DNA of 64,000 bases from Zoogloeaceae bacterium (lineage in GTDB: Bacteria; Pseudomonadota; Gammaproteobacteria; Burkholderiales; Rhodocyclaceae): assembly GCA_024235655.1 (NCBI GenBank), contig JACKLY010000007.1, positions 15,361-79,360 of the forward strand, given 5' to 3'. A program made the translations under genes and the position numbers. Position 1 is the first letter of the stretch. Each line of letters opens with the position of its first letter. The notes under the pieces are model-generated. The model ran no database searches, was not told where the DNA came from, and saw only the letters and a program-made list of their open reading frames with translations. Below, piece by piece: positions 47,809 through 57,070 of this stretch.

Positions 47809-49692
47809 TCAGAGCGTAATCTGGGTACCCAGCTCCACCACGCGGTTCGGCGGAATCCGGAAAAAAGCCGTTGCGCTGCTGGCATTGCGGAACATCAGCA
47901 CAAACAGCTTGGCACGCCAGTAGTTCATCTCCGAACCCAGACGTGGCAACAGGGTTTCACGGCCGATGAAGAATGAGGTATCCATCATCTCGATGGCCAA
48001 GCCGACCTCGGCGCACAGGGCCAGTGCCGCAGGAATATCCGGCTCATCCTTGAAACCATACTGAATCACCACCCGATAGAAATCGCCTTTCAGCGGGTGC
48101 ACTTCAACGCGGTCGATCTCCGGCACATAGGGCACGTCGAATACCTGGACGGAAACGAGCACGATCCGCTCGTGCAGCACCTTGTTGTGCATCAGGTTGT
48201 GCAGCAAGGCATGGGGAACACCTTCAGGGTCGGCATTCATGAACACGGCCGTGCCCGGCACCCGGGTCGGCAGGCCAAGCAACAAGGAATCGATGAACGG
48301 ATCAAGACGCAGTGACTCGCCATGCAGGCGATCACTCAGCAACTGGCGCCCCCGCTTCCAGGTGGTCATCAGCACGAAGACAACGGCGCCGGCAACCAGC
48401 GGAAACCAGCCACCGTCGGGAATCTTGTGGATATTGGCAGTCAGGAAAGCCAGTTCGACCACGAGAAAACAGGAGAACAGCGCCACCGCCCGGTACCAGC
48501 CCCAGCCCCAGACTTTGGCAACGACAACCGTTGCCAGCAATGAAGTAATCACCATGTCGCCGGTCACGGCGATGCCGTAGGCTGCGGCGAGGTTGTTCGA
48601 ACTGCCGAAGCCGATGACCAGAATGAATACGGCCAGCAACAGGCCCCAGTTGATGGCCGGCAGATAGATCTGCCCCTGCTCGGTCTCCGAGGTGTGCTGC
48701 ACCTCCATGCGCGGCATGAAGCCAAGTTGCATGGCCTGCCGTGAAATCGAGAAGGCGCCGGAAATGACGGCCTGCGAAGCGATGATGGTGGCAACGGTAG
48801 CCAGCATCACCAGCGGAATCAATGCCCATTCAGGCGCCGACAGGAAGAAGGGATTCTGCGCAGCTTCCGGCCGGGACAGGATCAGGGCACCCTGGCCGAA
48901 ATAGTTGAGTACCAGTGACGGCAGCACCAGCCCATACCAGGCAATCTGGATCGGCTTCAGGCCAAAATGCCCCATGTCGGCATAAAGCGCTTCGGCTCCG
49001 GTCACCGCCAGCACCACATTGCCCATTGCCAGCAGGGCCATGGCCTTGTTGGCATCGAGAAAGTGCAGGCCATACCAGGGGTTGATCGCTTTCAGCACCG
49101 CCGGATTGGCGATCAGATTATAGATACCGAGCACCGCCAGCGTACCGAACCAGAGCAGCATGATTGGCCCGAAGAAGGACCCTACCGTCGCCGTCCCCCG
49201 CTTCTGCACGAGAAACAGGCCGAACAGTACGGACAGCGTCACCGGGATGATGTAGGGATGCAACTCCGGGGCGATGATCTCCAGCCCCTCCACCGCAGAC
49301 AACACAGAGATCGCCGGCGTCACCATGCCATCCCCGTAGAACATTGCAGCCCCGAGAATACCGATGACGGTAATGATCTTCAGCCGCCACGGGTGGCCCT
49401 GCGCATCGTGCAGGGCCAGTGCGATCAAGGCCATGATGCCACCCTCGCCGCGGTTGTCGGCACGCATGATGATCGCCACGTACTTGAACGAAACAATGAT
49501 GACCAGCGCCCAGAAGAACAGCGACAGGCTGCCGAGCACATTTTCCTCGTTCAGCGGAATCGGGTGATTGCCGGCGAAGACCTCCTTCATCGCATACAGC
49601 GGGCTGGTGCCGATATCGCCATAGACCACGCCGAGCGCCGCCAGCGCAATGCCGGCCAGCGCCTTGTTGTTGATGGATGACGAAATGTGCAT
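47809..49692 (-). CDS. kup: Potassium transporter Kup
   Basis: GVVYGDIGTSPLY, ADNRGEGG, TPAISVLSAVEG, EALYADMGHF, AYGIAV. Confidence 0.97.
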   Translation of the reverse strand: MHISSSINNKALAGIALAALGVVYGDIGTSPLYAMKEVFAGNHPIPLNEENVLGSLSLFFWALVIIVSFKYVAIIMRADNRGEGGIMALIALALHDAQGHPWRLKIITVIGILGAAMFYGDGMVTPAISVLSAVEGLEIIAPELHPYIIPVTLSVLFGLFLVQKRGTATVGSFFGPIMLLWFGTLAVLGIYNLIANPAVLKAINPWYGLHFLDANKAMALLAMGNVVLAVTGAEALYADMGHFGLKPIQIAWYGLVLPSLVLNYFGQGALILSRPEAAQNPFFLSAPEWALIPLVMLATVATIIASQAVISGAFSISRQAMQLGFMPRMEVQHTSETEQGQIYLPAINWGLLLAVFILVIGFGSSNNLAAAYGIAVTGDMVITSLLATVVVAKVWGWGWYRAVALFSCFLVVELAFLTANIHKIPDGGWFPLVAGAVVFVLMTTWKRGRQLLSDRLHGESLRLDPFIDSLLLGLPTRVPGTAVFMNADPEGVPHALLHNLMHNKVLHERIVLVSVQVFDVPYVPEIDRVEVHPLKGDFYRVVIQYGFKDEPDIPAALALCAEVGLAIEMMDTSFFIGRETLLPRLGSEMNYWRAKLFVLMFRNASSATAFFRIPPNRVVELGTQITL

Positions 49693-49916
49693 CGAGGCTC
49701 ACCTCATTCGGGGAGGATTGTTCAGTTGCAACAGCGCAGATTTGCTGCACCGCGGCAATTTTGCACCTTTTCGCCACCAGTGAGGAAGTTTTTCATCACT
49801 GTCTGCAAATTTTCCCTGAAACAAGCGCTTACAAGTTTTACCGAATTGATCTGGGATCGATGGCCAACAAAGCGTTCAATGAAAGCCGTCAACCACCCGA
49901 TCACAAGGAGACTCAA

Positions 49917-50693
49917 ATGAAAATCCATCAGCTCGCTCTGGCACTCACCGCCATTGCCACCAGCACCGCTTTTGCACAGTCCGCCGCCGATGAATTTGTC
50001 CAGCGCAACATCAACCAGCAGCAGCGCGTAGAAAACGGGCTCGAAAGCGGCCAGTTGAATACGCGTGAAGCAGCAAAACTGGAAAAGCAGGCCGGCAAGG
50101 TCGAACGCCTCGAGTCCAAGGCGCTGCGTGACGGCGAGGTCAGCCAGAAGGAAGCCAGCCGCATCGACCATGCCCAGGACAAACTGAGTCGCAATATCTA
50201 TCAGGAGAAACACGATGCCCAGCGTGGCAATCCGAACTCCGCCTCATCACAGCGCATGCAACAGGACGTACAAGGCAACATCAATCAGCAACAACGCATT
50301 CAGCAGGGCATGAACTCCGGTTCGCTGACCCAGCGCGAGGTCGGGCGCCTGCAGCAGCGTGAGGGGCAAATCAATCGCATGCAGGGCCGTGCCGGCGCCG
50401 ATGGCCATGTCGGCCGTTACGAACAAGGTCGCATCCAGTCGGCGCAGAATCGTCAAAGCAACAATATCTACCGCCAGAAACATGACGCACAAGGGAGCAA
50501 TCGCCACACGCAATGGGGCGGATCAAACCGGCATAACGGCAACGCCAATTGGGGAAACAGCAACCGCCATCAGAACAACGGCAATCACTACGGCCAGCAG
50601 CGCAACACCAATCAAAACTGGGGGCAGGCCAGCAACCGGGGCAACCACTTCGGCCAAAGCCAGGGCAGCCGGCCAAGCATGGCACGTCGCTGA
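49917..50693 (+). CDS. Secreted protein with two 74-aa repeats and an N/Q/G-rich tail
   Basis: SD AAGGAG, signal peptide ending AFA|Q; repeats at 50001-50222 and 50271-50492. Confidence 0.85.
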   Translation: MKIHQLALALTAIATSTAFAQSAADEFVQRNINQQQRVENGLESGQLNTREAAKLEKQAGKVERLESKALRDGEVSQKEASRIDHAQDKLSRNIYQEKHDAQRGNPNSASSQRMQQDVQGNINQQQRIQQGMNSGSLTQREVGRLQQREGQINRMQGRAGADGHVGRYEQGRIQSAQNRQSNNIYRQKHDAQGSNRHTQWGGSNRHNGNANWGNSNRHQNNGNHYGQQRNTNQNWGQASNRGNHFGQSQGSRPSMARR

Positions 50694-50725
50694 TCATAAA
50701 AGGAAGGCAACTCTCTCCCTGCGCT

Positions 50726-50759
50726 TGATGGCCGGATACGATATTCGGCCATCAGCTTT
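50726..50759 (+). terminator. Probable terminator after the secreted repeat protein
   Basis: TGATGGCCG...CGGCCATCA hairpin followed by GCTTT; weak U-tract. Confidence 0.45.
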
Positions 50760-50830
50760 CCAGCAGTTGAAACACCGGCTACGTCACCACCCAGGACAGA
50801 CGACACACCTCGAACTGGTATCATCCCACG

Positions 50831-51640
50831 ATGGATGACATGAGCCTGCCAACCCGCTTGCCGCCTCATGCCGCCACCTCCCAAGGCCCTGCTGCATGGG
50901 CTGCCAGCTGGTGGCGGATGCTGCATGTCGGCGCCCTGCTCTTTGCCATTGCCCTTTCGCCGTCCACCTATTCACCCCTTAACCGGCACGCCATTGCGCA
51001 GCAGATCTGCATTTCTGCCCGGCAGATGATCCCCTGGTTCACCCTGCTCTCGGCACTGCTCAGCCTGGTCATTGTCCATATTGTCGTCGTCACCGCACAG
51101 AGTTACGGACTCTCGCAGTTTGCTCTGGGCACCGTCATCCGCGTATTGGTCGTCGAGCTGCTGCCGCTTTCCGCAGCACTTTATGTCGCCCTGCGTGCCG
51201 GCATGGGCAGCAGTGCGGAATTCGAGGCCATGCAGCACTTTTCCACCCTGCGCGCACGACCGACCAAGGATGGCGACCCGCTGCGCAGCACTGTCCTGCC
51301 CCATGTCATTTCCAGCACGATTGCTGTCTTTACACTGGTGGCCATCAGCGGCGGCATGGCGCTGTTTCTCTCCTACGTCGGTGTTTATGGCATCACACCT
51401 TGGGGGCTGAGCAACTTCAGCCGTGTCATCGGCCAGGTTTTCGACCCGGTGGTCATCATGTCGCTGGGACTCAAAACCCTGCTGTATGCCGCCGCCGTAG
51501 CCACCATTCCCGCCACCGTGAGCATGGAAGATCCGCGCGACGGCCACGGCGCCTCGGTGGCCACCCTGCAGGGCACGGTTCGCCTCTTCGTCGTTTTGAT
51601 CATTATTGAAATCCTGTCGCTGACGGCAGAGTTTTTATAA
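50831..51640 (+). CDS. MlaE-like ABC permease (divergent)
   Basis: Multi-TM, VELLPL...RAG, DPLR..VLP, LKTL; adjacent to an MCE gene. Confidence 0.75.
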   Translation: MDDMSLPTRLPPHAATSQGPAAWAASWWRMLHVGALLFAIALSPSTYSPLNRHAIAQQICISARQMIPWFTLLSALLSLVIVHIVVVTAQSYGLSQFALGTVIRVLVVELLPLSAALYVALRAGMGSSAEFEAMQHFSTLRARPTKDGDPLRSTVLPHVISSTIAVFTLVAISGGMALFLSYVGVYGITPWGLSNFSRVIGQVFDPVVIMSLGLKTLLYAAAVATIPATVSMEDPRDGHGASVATLQGTVRLFVVLIIIEILSLTAEFL

Positions 51641-51665
51641 GCACGCCACCCAATCCGAGTCGCCG

Positions 51666-52598
51666 ATGAAAAAAGACACTTCCAGCAAAACCATCCCCTA
51701 CGCCGAGTTCAAGGCCGTGGCACTGCTGGCGCTCACCGCCCTGCTCATTGGCGCCTTTGTAATCTATGTGATGACTGCACGTGGCGTCTTTGAGGAAACC
51801 CAGCGGCTGGTGCTGATTGCCGACAACTCCGAAGGCGTCAAAACCGGCATGGATATCACCTTCTCCGGCTTCCCCATCGGCCGCGTGCGCAGTGTCGAAC
51901 TGGCACCCGATGGCAGTGTCCATATCCTGGTCGATGTAACCAAACAGGATGCCCATTGGCTGCGCACCTCCAGCGTGTTCACCATGGAACGCAGCCTGGT
52001 TGGCGATACAAAAATCCGCGCCTTCTCTTCCGACCTCAGTGACCCACCCCTGCCCGATGGCGCAGAGCGCATCGTATTGCGTGGCGATGCCAGCGAGCAG
52101 ATTCCACAGGTGATGGCGACCATGCGCGCCCTGCTCGAAAATCTGGAACGCATCTCGGCGCAAGGTTCGCCGCTGAACGCCACATTGAGCAACGTGCAGT
52201 CGGTTACGAACAGGATGCAGGGGCGCTACGGTGCCATGGCCGGCATTCTGGGCAGTGACGAGAATGCGAAGAAACTGCTCGCCACGCTTGACCGCACCAA
52301 CACCCTGCTCGAAAAAACCGATGCCCGGATTTTCAGCAAGGGCGGTGTCATGGATGAGTCGCACGCCGCCATCACGCAACTGCATGGCCTGCTACGCGAT
52401 GCGCGCGAGAACCTGAAGAAGGTGGATGCCCTGCTCGTCGACGCCCAGGCCATTGCGGCCAACACCCGCACCGCCACGGCTGACCTGGATGCCTTGCGCA
52501 GCGAGGTCGAAGCCAGCCTGCGCAAGACCGGCCACCTGATCGACGAGATCAACCGCAAGTGGCCCTTCGCCCGCGACACGGAGATCAAGCTGCCATGA
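51666..52598 (+). CDS. MlaD/MCE family protein with helical C-terminus
   Basis: TM then MCE domain (EGVKTG..ITFSGFPIGRV), long heptad region. Confidence 0.85.
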   Translation: MKKDTSSKTIPYAEFKAVALLALTALLIGAFVIYVMTARGVFEETQRLVLIADNSEGVKTGMDITFSGFPIGRVRSVELAPDGSVHILVDVTKQDAHWLRTSSVFTMERSLVGDTKIRAFSSDLSDPPLPDGAERIVLRGDASEQIPQVMATMRALLENLERISAQGSPLNATLSNVQSVTNRMQGRYGAMAGILGSDENAKKLLATLDRTNTLLEKTDARIFSKGGVMDESHAAITQLHGLLRDARENLKKVDALLVDAQAIAANTRTATADLDALRSEVEASLRKTGHLIDEINRKWPFARDTEIKLP

Positions 52599-53239
52599 AG
52601 CTCCGAAAAATCACTGCCAGCGGCTCCTTATTACTTGCTGCACTGACTCTTGCCGCCTGCGCCGGCGGCCCCGTTCCACCCGACTGGCAAGCCGGTGCGC
52701 ATGCCTCGCTGAACACTTTTTCATCGGCTTACCTGGTCGGCAACAGCCGGGTGGCCGAGGCCGAGTTCAAGCGTGCCCGCGCCGACTTGTCCCGCACCGG
52801 CCGTGCGGACCTGGTTGCCCGCGCCGAGCTGGTGCGCTGCGGCGTCCGCGTGGCCAGCCTGGAATTCGACAATTGCCCGGCTTACGCTGCATTGGCGCAG
52901 GATGCAGGAGCCGCTGAACAGGCTTACGCCGCCTTCCTGACTAACCAGCCAACGGATGCTGCGCTTCTGCCACCGCAATATCACGGACTGAGCGGCAGCA
53001 CGCTCAGCGCCATCGAAGCCCCCTTGCCTCGCCTGATCGCGGCCGGCGTACTTTTCAACAGCGGCAAGCTGCCTCCGGCCGGCATCCAGATTGCTGTCGA
53101 TACCGCATCCGCACAGGGCTGGCGCCGTCCCTTGCTGGCATGGCTGGGGGTTCAGGTCAAACAGGCGGAAAGCAGTGGGCAGCAGGAATTGGCCGCCAGT
53201 CTGCGGCGACGGATCGAACTGGTGGGCGGCCAGCGCTAA
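52595..53239 (+). CDS. Hypothetical helical lipoprotein
   Basis: ATGA overlap with the MCE gene; lipobox LAA|C. Confidence 0.75.
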   Translation: MKLRKITASGSLLLAALTLAACAGGPVPPDWQAGAHASLNTFSSAYLVGNSRVAEAEFKRARADLSRTGRADLVARAELVRCGVRVASLEFDNCPAYAALAQDAGAAEQAYAAFLTNQPTDAALLPPQYHGLSGSTLSAIEAPLPRLIAAGVLFNSGKLPPAGIQIAVDTASAQGWRRPLLAWLGVQVKQAESSGQQELAASLRRRIELVGGQR

Positions 53240-53325
53240 GCGCAGTACCCGGCAAGTAACAGCGTCAATTGACACGCAGAACTTGCCCTGTTTTTGGTGC
53301 AGGTCGCCACAACAAGGAGAGCCCG

Positions 53326-53679
53326 ATGAATCTCGATACCGCTATTGGCAAGCACGCCGAGTGGAAAGTAAAACTCCGCTCAGCCATTGCCCGACAGGAA
53401 ACGCTGGATGCCGAAAGCATTGCCAAGGACAACTGCTGCGAACTCGGCAAATGGCTGCACAGTGAAGCCAAAGAAAAGTATGCCGCGATGCATAGCTACA
53501 GCCCGTGCGTTGAAACGCATGCCGCATTTCATCTCGAGGCAGGCAAGGTTGCAGCAATGATCAACGCAAGAAAATACTCTGAAGCAGAAGCCATGCTCGG
53601 CTCTGGAAGTGCCTACAGCAAAGCATCCACTGCTGTTGCCAGCGCCATCATGCGCCTGACCAAGGAAGTCAAGCGCTAG
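53326..53679 (+). CDS. Stand-alone CZB (chemoreceptor zinc-binding) domain protein
   Basis: H..WK, C.LGKW, H..FH zinc-ligand pattern; SD AAGGAG. Confidence 0.88.
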   Translation: MNLDTAIGKHAEWKVKLRSAIARQETLDAESIAKDNCCELGKWLHSEAKEKYAAMHSYSPCVETHAAFHLEAGKVAAMINARKYSEAEAMLGSGSAYSKASTAVASAIMRLTKEVKR

Positions 53680-53964
53680 GGCGTGACTCGCAAGACGAGG
53701 CTGCCCAGACCAAAACTGCTGCCACCGCAAGGAAGAATCTTCACTTTCAGCAATAGCCCGACGCCCTTGCCTGCCGATTCGATACCAGAAGTATCAACAG
53801 AATTGGTTCAATTAACGGTTCTCGTCGCTGCTTGGCATGGCTATTCTGTATCTGACGGGAAGAATTAATCTTCCGGCAAAGACTGATTCCGCGACACAAG
53901 CACTCGGCATGCCAATCGCAAGCCCCGGCATACCGCAAACGAACCACCCAAGGAGCTCCTGCGA

Positions 53965-54744
53965 ATGCCCAAGTTTGCCGCCAACCTCACCCTGCTCTTC
54001 AACGAAGTCGATTTCCTCGACCGCTTTCAAGCCGCCGCCGAGGCCGGCTTCACGGCGGTGGAATACCTCTTCCCCTACGACTACCCGAAGGAAACACTGG
54101 CCGGCTTGCTGAAGGCCCACGGCCTGCAGCAGGTGCTGCACAACCTGCCGGCCGGCAACTGGGCCGGCGGCGAACGTGGCATTGCCTGCCACCCGGATCG
54201 AACAGCCGAGTTTCGCGACGGTGTGGCAAAAGGCATCGACTACGCCCGCGCGCTCGGCTGCCCGCAACTCAACTGCCTGGCCGGCATTGCGCCCGCCGGC
54301 GTCAGCGCCGCCGCAGCGCAGGCCACCTTGGTCGACAACCTCCGCTTTGCCGCGGCTGAACTGAAGCAGGCCGGTCTGCACCTGCTGATCGAGCCGATCA
54401 ACACTTTCGACATCCCCGGCTTCTTCCTCAACCGCACCGAACAGGGCATCGCCATCATCGAGGAAGTGGGTTCGGACAACCTCTTCCTGCAATACGACAT
54501 CTACCATGCGCAGCGCATGGAGGGCGAACTCGGCAACACCATCGCCAAACACCTGCCCCGCATTGCCCACATGCAACTCGCCGACAACCCCGGCCGCCAC
54601 GAACCGGGCACGGGCGAAATCAATTACGCCTGGCTGTTCAGGCACCTTGACCGGATCGGCTACGCCGGCTGGATCGGCTGCGAGTACAGGCCGGCCGCCG
54701 GCACCCGCGAAGGCCTCGGCTGGATCAAGACCCTGACCGCCTGA
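53965..54744 (+). CDS. hyi: Hydroxypyruvate isomerase
   Basis: FAANL, EYLFPY, IEPIN, YDIYH, ADNPGRHEPGTGEINY, IGCEY.P. Confidence 0.95.
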   Translation: MPKFAANLTLLFNEVDFLDRFQAAAEAGFTAVEYLFPYDYPKETLAGLLKAHGLQQVLHNLPAGNWAGGERGIACHPDRTAEFRDGVAKGIDYARALGCPQLNCLAGIAPAGVSAAAAQATLVDNLRFAAAELKQAGLHLLIEPINTFDIPGFFLNRTEQGIAIIEEVGSDNLFLQYDIYHAQRMEGELGNTIAKHLPRIAHMQLADNPGRHEPGTGEINYAWLFRHLDRIGYAGWIGCEYRPAAGTREGLGWIKTLTA

Positions 54745-54776
54745 CACAAGCACAGACAATCACCGGAGACACGATC

Positions 54777-55676
54777 ATGGCAACACTCGGATTCATCGGC
54801 CTCGGCATCATGGGCACCCCCATGGCCGGGCATCTGCTTGCCGCCGGCCACACGCTGTTCACCCATTCCCGCAGCGGCACGCCGGAGAGCCTGATCGCCG
54901 CCGGCGCCACGGCCTGTGCCCACGCCACGGAAGTTGCGCAAAAAGCCGACATTATCTTCGTGATGGTGCCCGACACCCCGCATGTGGAGGCCGTGCTGTT
55001 TGGCGACCACGGCGTCGCCGCCGGGCTGACGCCGGGCAAGATCGTGGTCGACATGAGTTCGATCTCGCCGGTCGCCACCAAGGATTTCGCCCGGCGCATC
55101 AACGCGCTGGGCTGCGAGTATCTGGATGCCCCGGTTTCCGGCGGCGAAGTCGGCGCCAAGGCGGCCAGCCTGACGATCATGGTCGGTGGCAACGAACCCG
55201 CCTTCGACGCCGTCAGGCCGCTGTTCGCGCTGATGGGCAAGAACATCACGCGGGTCGGCGGCAATGGCGACGGCCAGATCACCAAGGTGGCCAACCAGGT
55301 GATCGTCGCGCTCACCATCGAGGCCGTGGGCGAGGCGCTGCTGCTCGCCGCCAAGGCCGGCGCCAACCCGGCCAAGGTGCGGGAGGCGCTGATGGGCGGC
55401 TTTGCTGCCTCGCGCATTCTCGAAGTGCACGGCGAACGCATGATCAAGCGCACCTTCAACCCCGGCTTCCGCATCGAACTGCACCAGAAGGACCTGAACC
55501 TGGCGCTGGCCACCGGCCGGCAACTCGGCGTGTCGCTGCCCAACACGGCCACGGCGCAGGAACTGTTCAACGCCTGTGCCGCGCACGACGGCTCAGGCTG
55601 GGATCATTCCGCGATGGTGCGGGCGCTGGAGAAAATGGCCAATTTCGAGATCGGCCAGCCAACGCCGGCGGCGTAG
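54777..55676 (+). CDS. glxR: 2-hydroxy-3-oxopropionate (tartronate semialdehyde) reductase
   Basis: GFIGLGIMG.PMA, DAPVSGG, KVANQ, F.PGFRI.LH.KD. Confidence 0.93.
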   Translation: MATLGFIGLGIMGTPMAGHLLAAGHTLFTHSRSGTPESLIAAGATACAHATEVAQKADIIFVMVPDTPHVEAVLFGDHGVAAGLTPGKIVVDMSSISPVATKDFARRINALGCEYLDAPVSGGEVGAKAASLTIMVGGNEPAFDAVRPLFALMGKNITRVGGNGDGQITKVANQVIVALTIEAVGEALLLAAKAGANPAKVREALMGGFAASRILEVHGERMIKRTFNPGFRIELHQKDLNLALATGRQLGVSLPNTATAQELFNACAAHDGSGWDHSAMVRALEKMANFEIGQPTPAA

Positions 55677-55721
55677 AATCAACCCGAACCACCTCCGCCC
55701 CCTGCCAAGGAATCGCCCCAC

Positions 55722-56984
55722 ATGACACCTGCGCCCCGCCAACTGCTCGCCGACCTCTTTACTGCGGCGGTGAACGCCGCCCAGCCCGAGCACTGCATCC
55801 CCCGTTTCCTGCCTCCGCCGCCGAAGGGGCGCACCCTGGTCATCGGTGCCGGCAAGGCCTCGGCCGCCATGGGGCAGGCACTGGAGCGCCACTGGCCGGG
55901 CGCGCTGAGCGGCCTGATCATCACCCGCTACGGCTACGCCGTGCCCTGCGAACGCATCGAGATCATCGAGGCCGCCCACCCGGTGCCCGACGAAGCCGGC
56001 CGCGCCGCCGCCGAACGCATGCTGAATCTGGTGCAGGGGCTGACAGCCGACGACCTGGTGATCTGCCTGATCTCAGGCGGCGGCTCGGCACTGATGCCGC
56101 TGCCGGGTGCCGGTGTCACGCTGGCTGACAAGCAGGCGATCAATCGCGGCCTGCTGGCTTCCGGCGCCACCATTTCCGAAATGAACTGCGTGCGCCGACA
56201 CCTCTCCGCCATCAAGGGCGGCCGACTCGCTGCCGCCTGCCACCCGGCCCGCGTCGTCAACCTGCTGATCTCCGACGTGCCCGGCGACAACCCGATGGAT
56301 ATCGCCTCCGGCCCGACGGTGGTCGACCCGACCACCTGCGCCGACGCCCTCGACATCATCCGCCGCTACGGCATCACCCTGCCCGCCGGCGCGCAGCAGC
56401 TGCTGGACAGCGGCCGCGGCGAAACACTGAAACCGGGCGCCCCCGAACTCGCCAAGGTGAGCACCCACCTCATCGCCACGCCACAGATGGCGCTGGAGGC
56501 GGCCGCCGCCGTAGCGCGGCAGGCCGGCATCACGCCAATCATTCTGGGCGACAGCATCGAAGGCGAAGCACGCGATGTGGGCAAGGTCATGGCCGGCATC
56601 GCGCTGCAGGTGCGCCAGCACGGCCAGCCTTTTCCCCCGCCCTGCGTCCTGCTCTCCGGCGGCGAGACCACGGTCACCGTGCGCGGCCAGGGGCGCGGCG
56701 GCCGCAACGTCGAATTCCTGCTGGCGCTGGCGCTCGGCCTGAACGGTGCCCCCGGCATTCACGCCGTGGCCGGCGACACCGACGGCGTGGATGGGCTGGA
56801 AGAAATCGCCGGCGCCACGATCAGCCCGGACACGCTGAGCCGCGCCTGGGCCAAAGGCATCCGCCCGCGCGACGCCCTCGACAACAACGACGGCCACGGC
56901 TTCTTCGAAGCCCTCGGCGACTCACTGGTCACCGGGCCGACGCTGACAAACGTGAATGACTTCAGGGCAATCTTGGTGATGTGA
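55722..56984 (+). CDS. Glycerate 2-kinase (TtuD/MOFRL family)
   Basis: GAGKA, AAHPVP, LISGGGSAL, SDVPGD, GGETTV, GGRN.E, GPT.TNVND. Confidence 0.92.
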   Translation: MTPAPRQLLADLFTAAVNAAQPEHCIPRFLPPPPKGRTLVIGAGKASAAMGQALERHWPGALSGLIITRYGYAVPCERIEIIEAAHPVPDEAGRAAAERMLNLVQGLTADDLVICLISGGGSALMPLPGAGVTLADKQAINRGLLASGATISEMNCVRRHLSAIKGGRLAAACHPARVVNLLISDVPGDNPMDIASGPTVVDPTTCADALDIIRRYGITLPAGAQQLLDSGRGETLKPGAPELAKVSTHLIATPQMALEAAAAVARQAGITPIILGDSIEGEARDVGKVMAGIALQVRQHGQPFPPPCVLLSGGETTVTVRGQGRGGRNVEFLLALALGLNGAPGIHAVAGDTDGVDGLEEIAGATISPDTLSRAWAKGIRPRDALDNNDGHGFFEALGDSLVTGPTLTNVNDFRAILVM

Positions 56985-57070
56985 GGCGCGCTTATGAACG
57001 CAGCGTGCCGCAATCACGGGGTGCATTGTGTGGAAGTGTGAGAAAGGCAGCTGACACCCAAATCTGCCCT

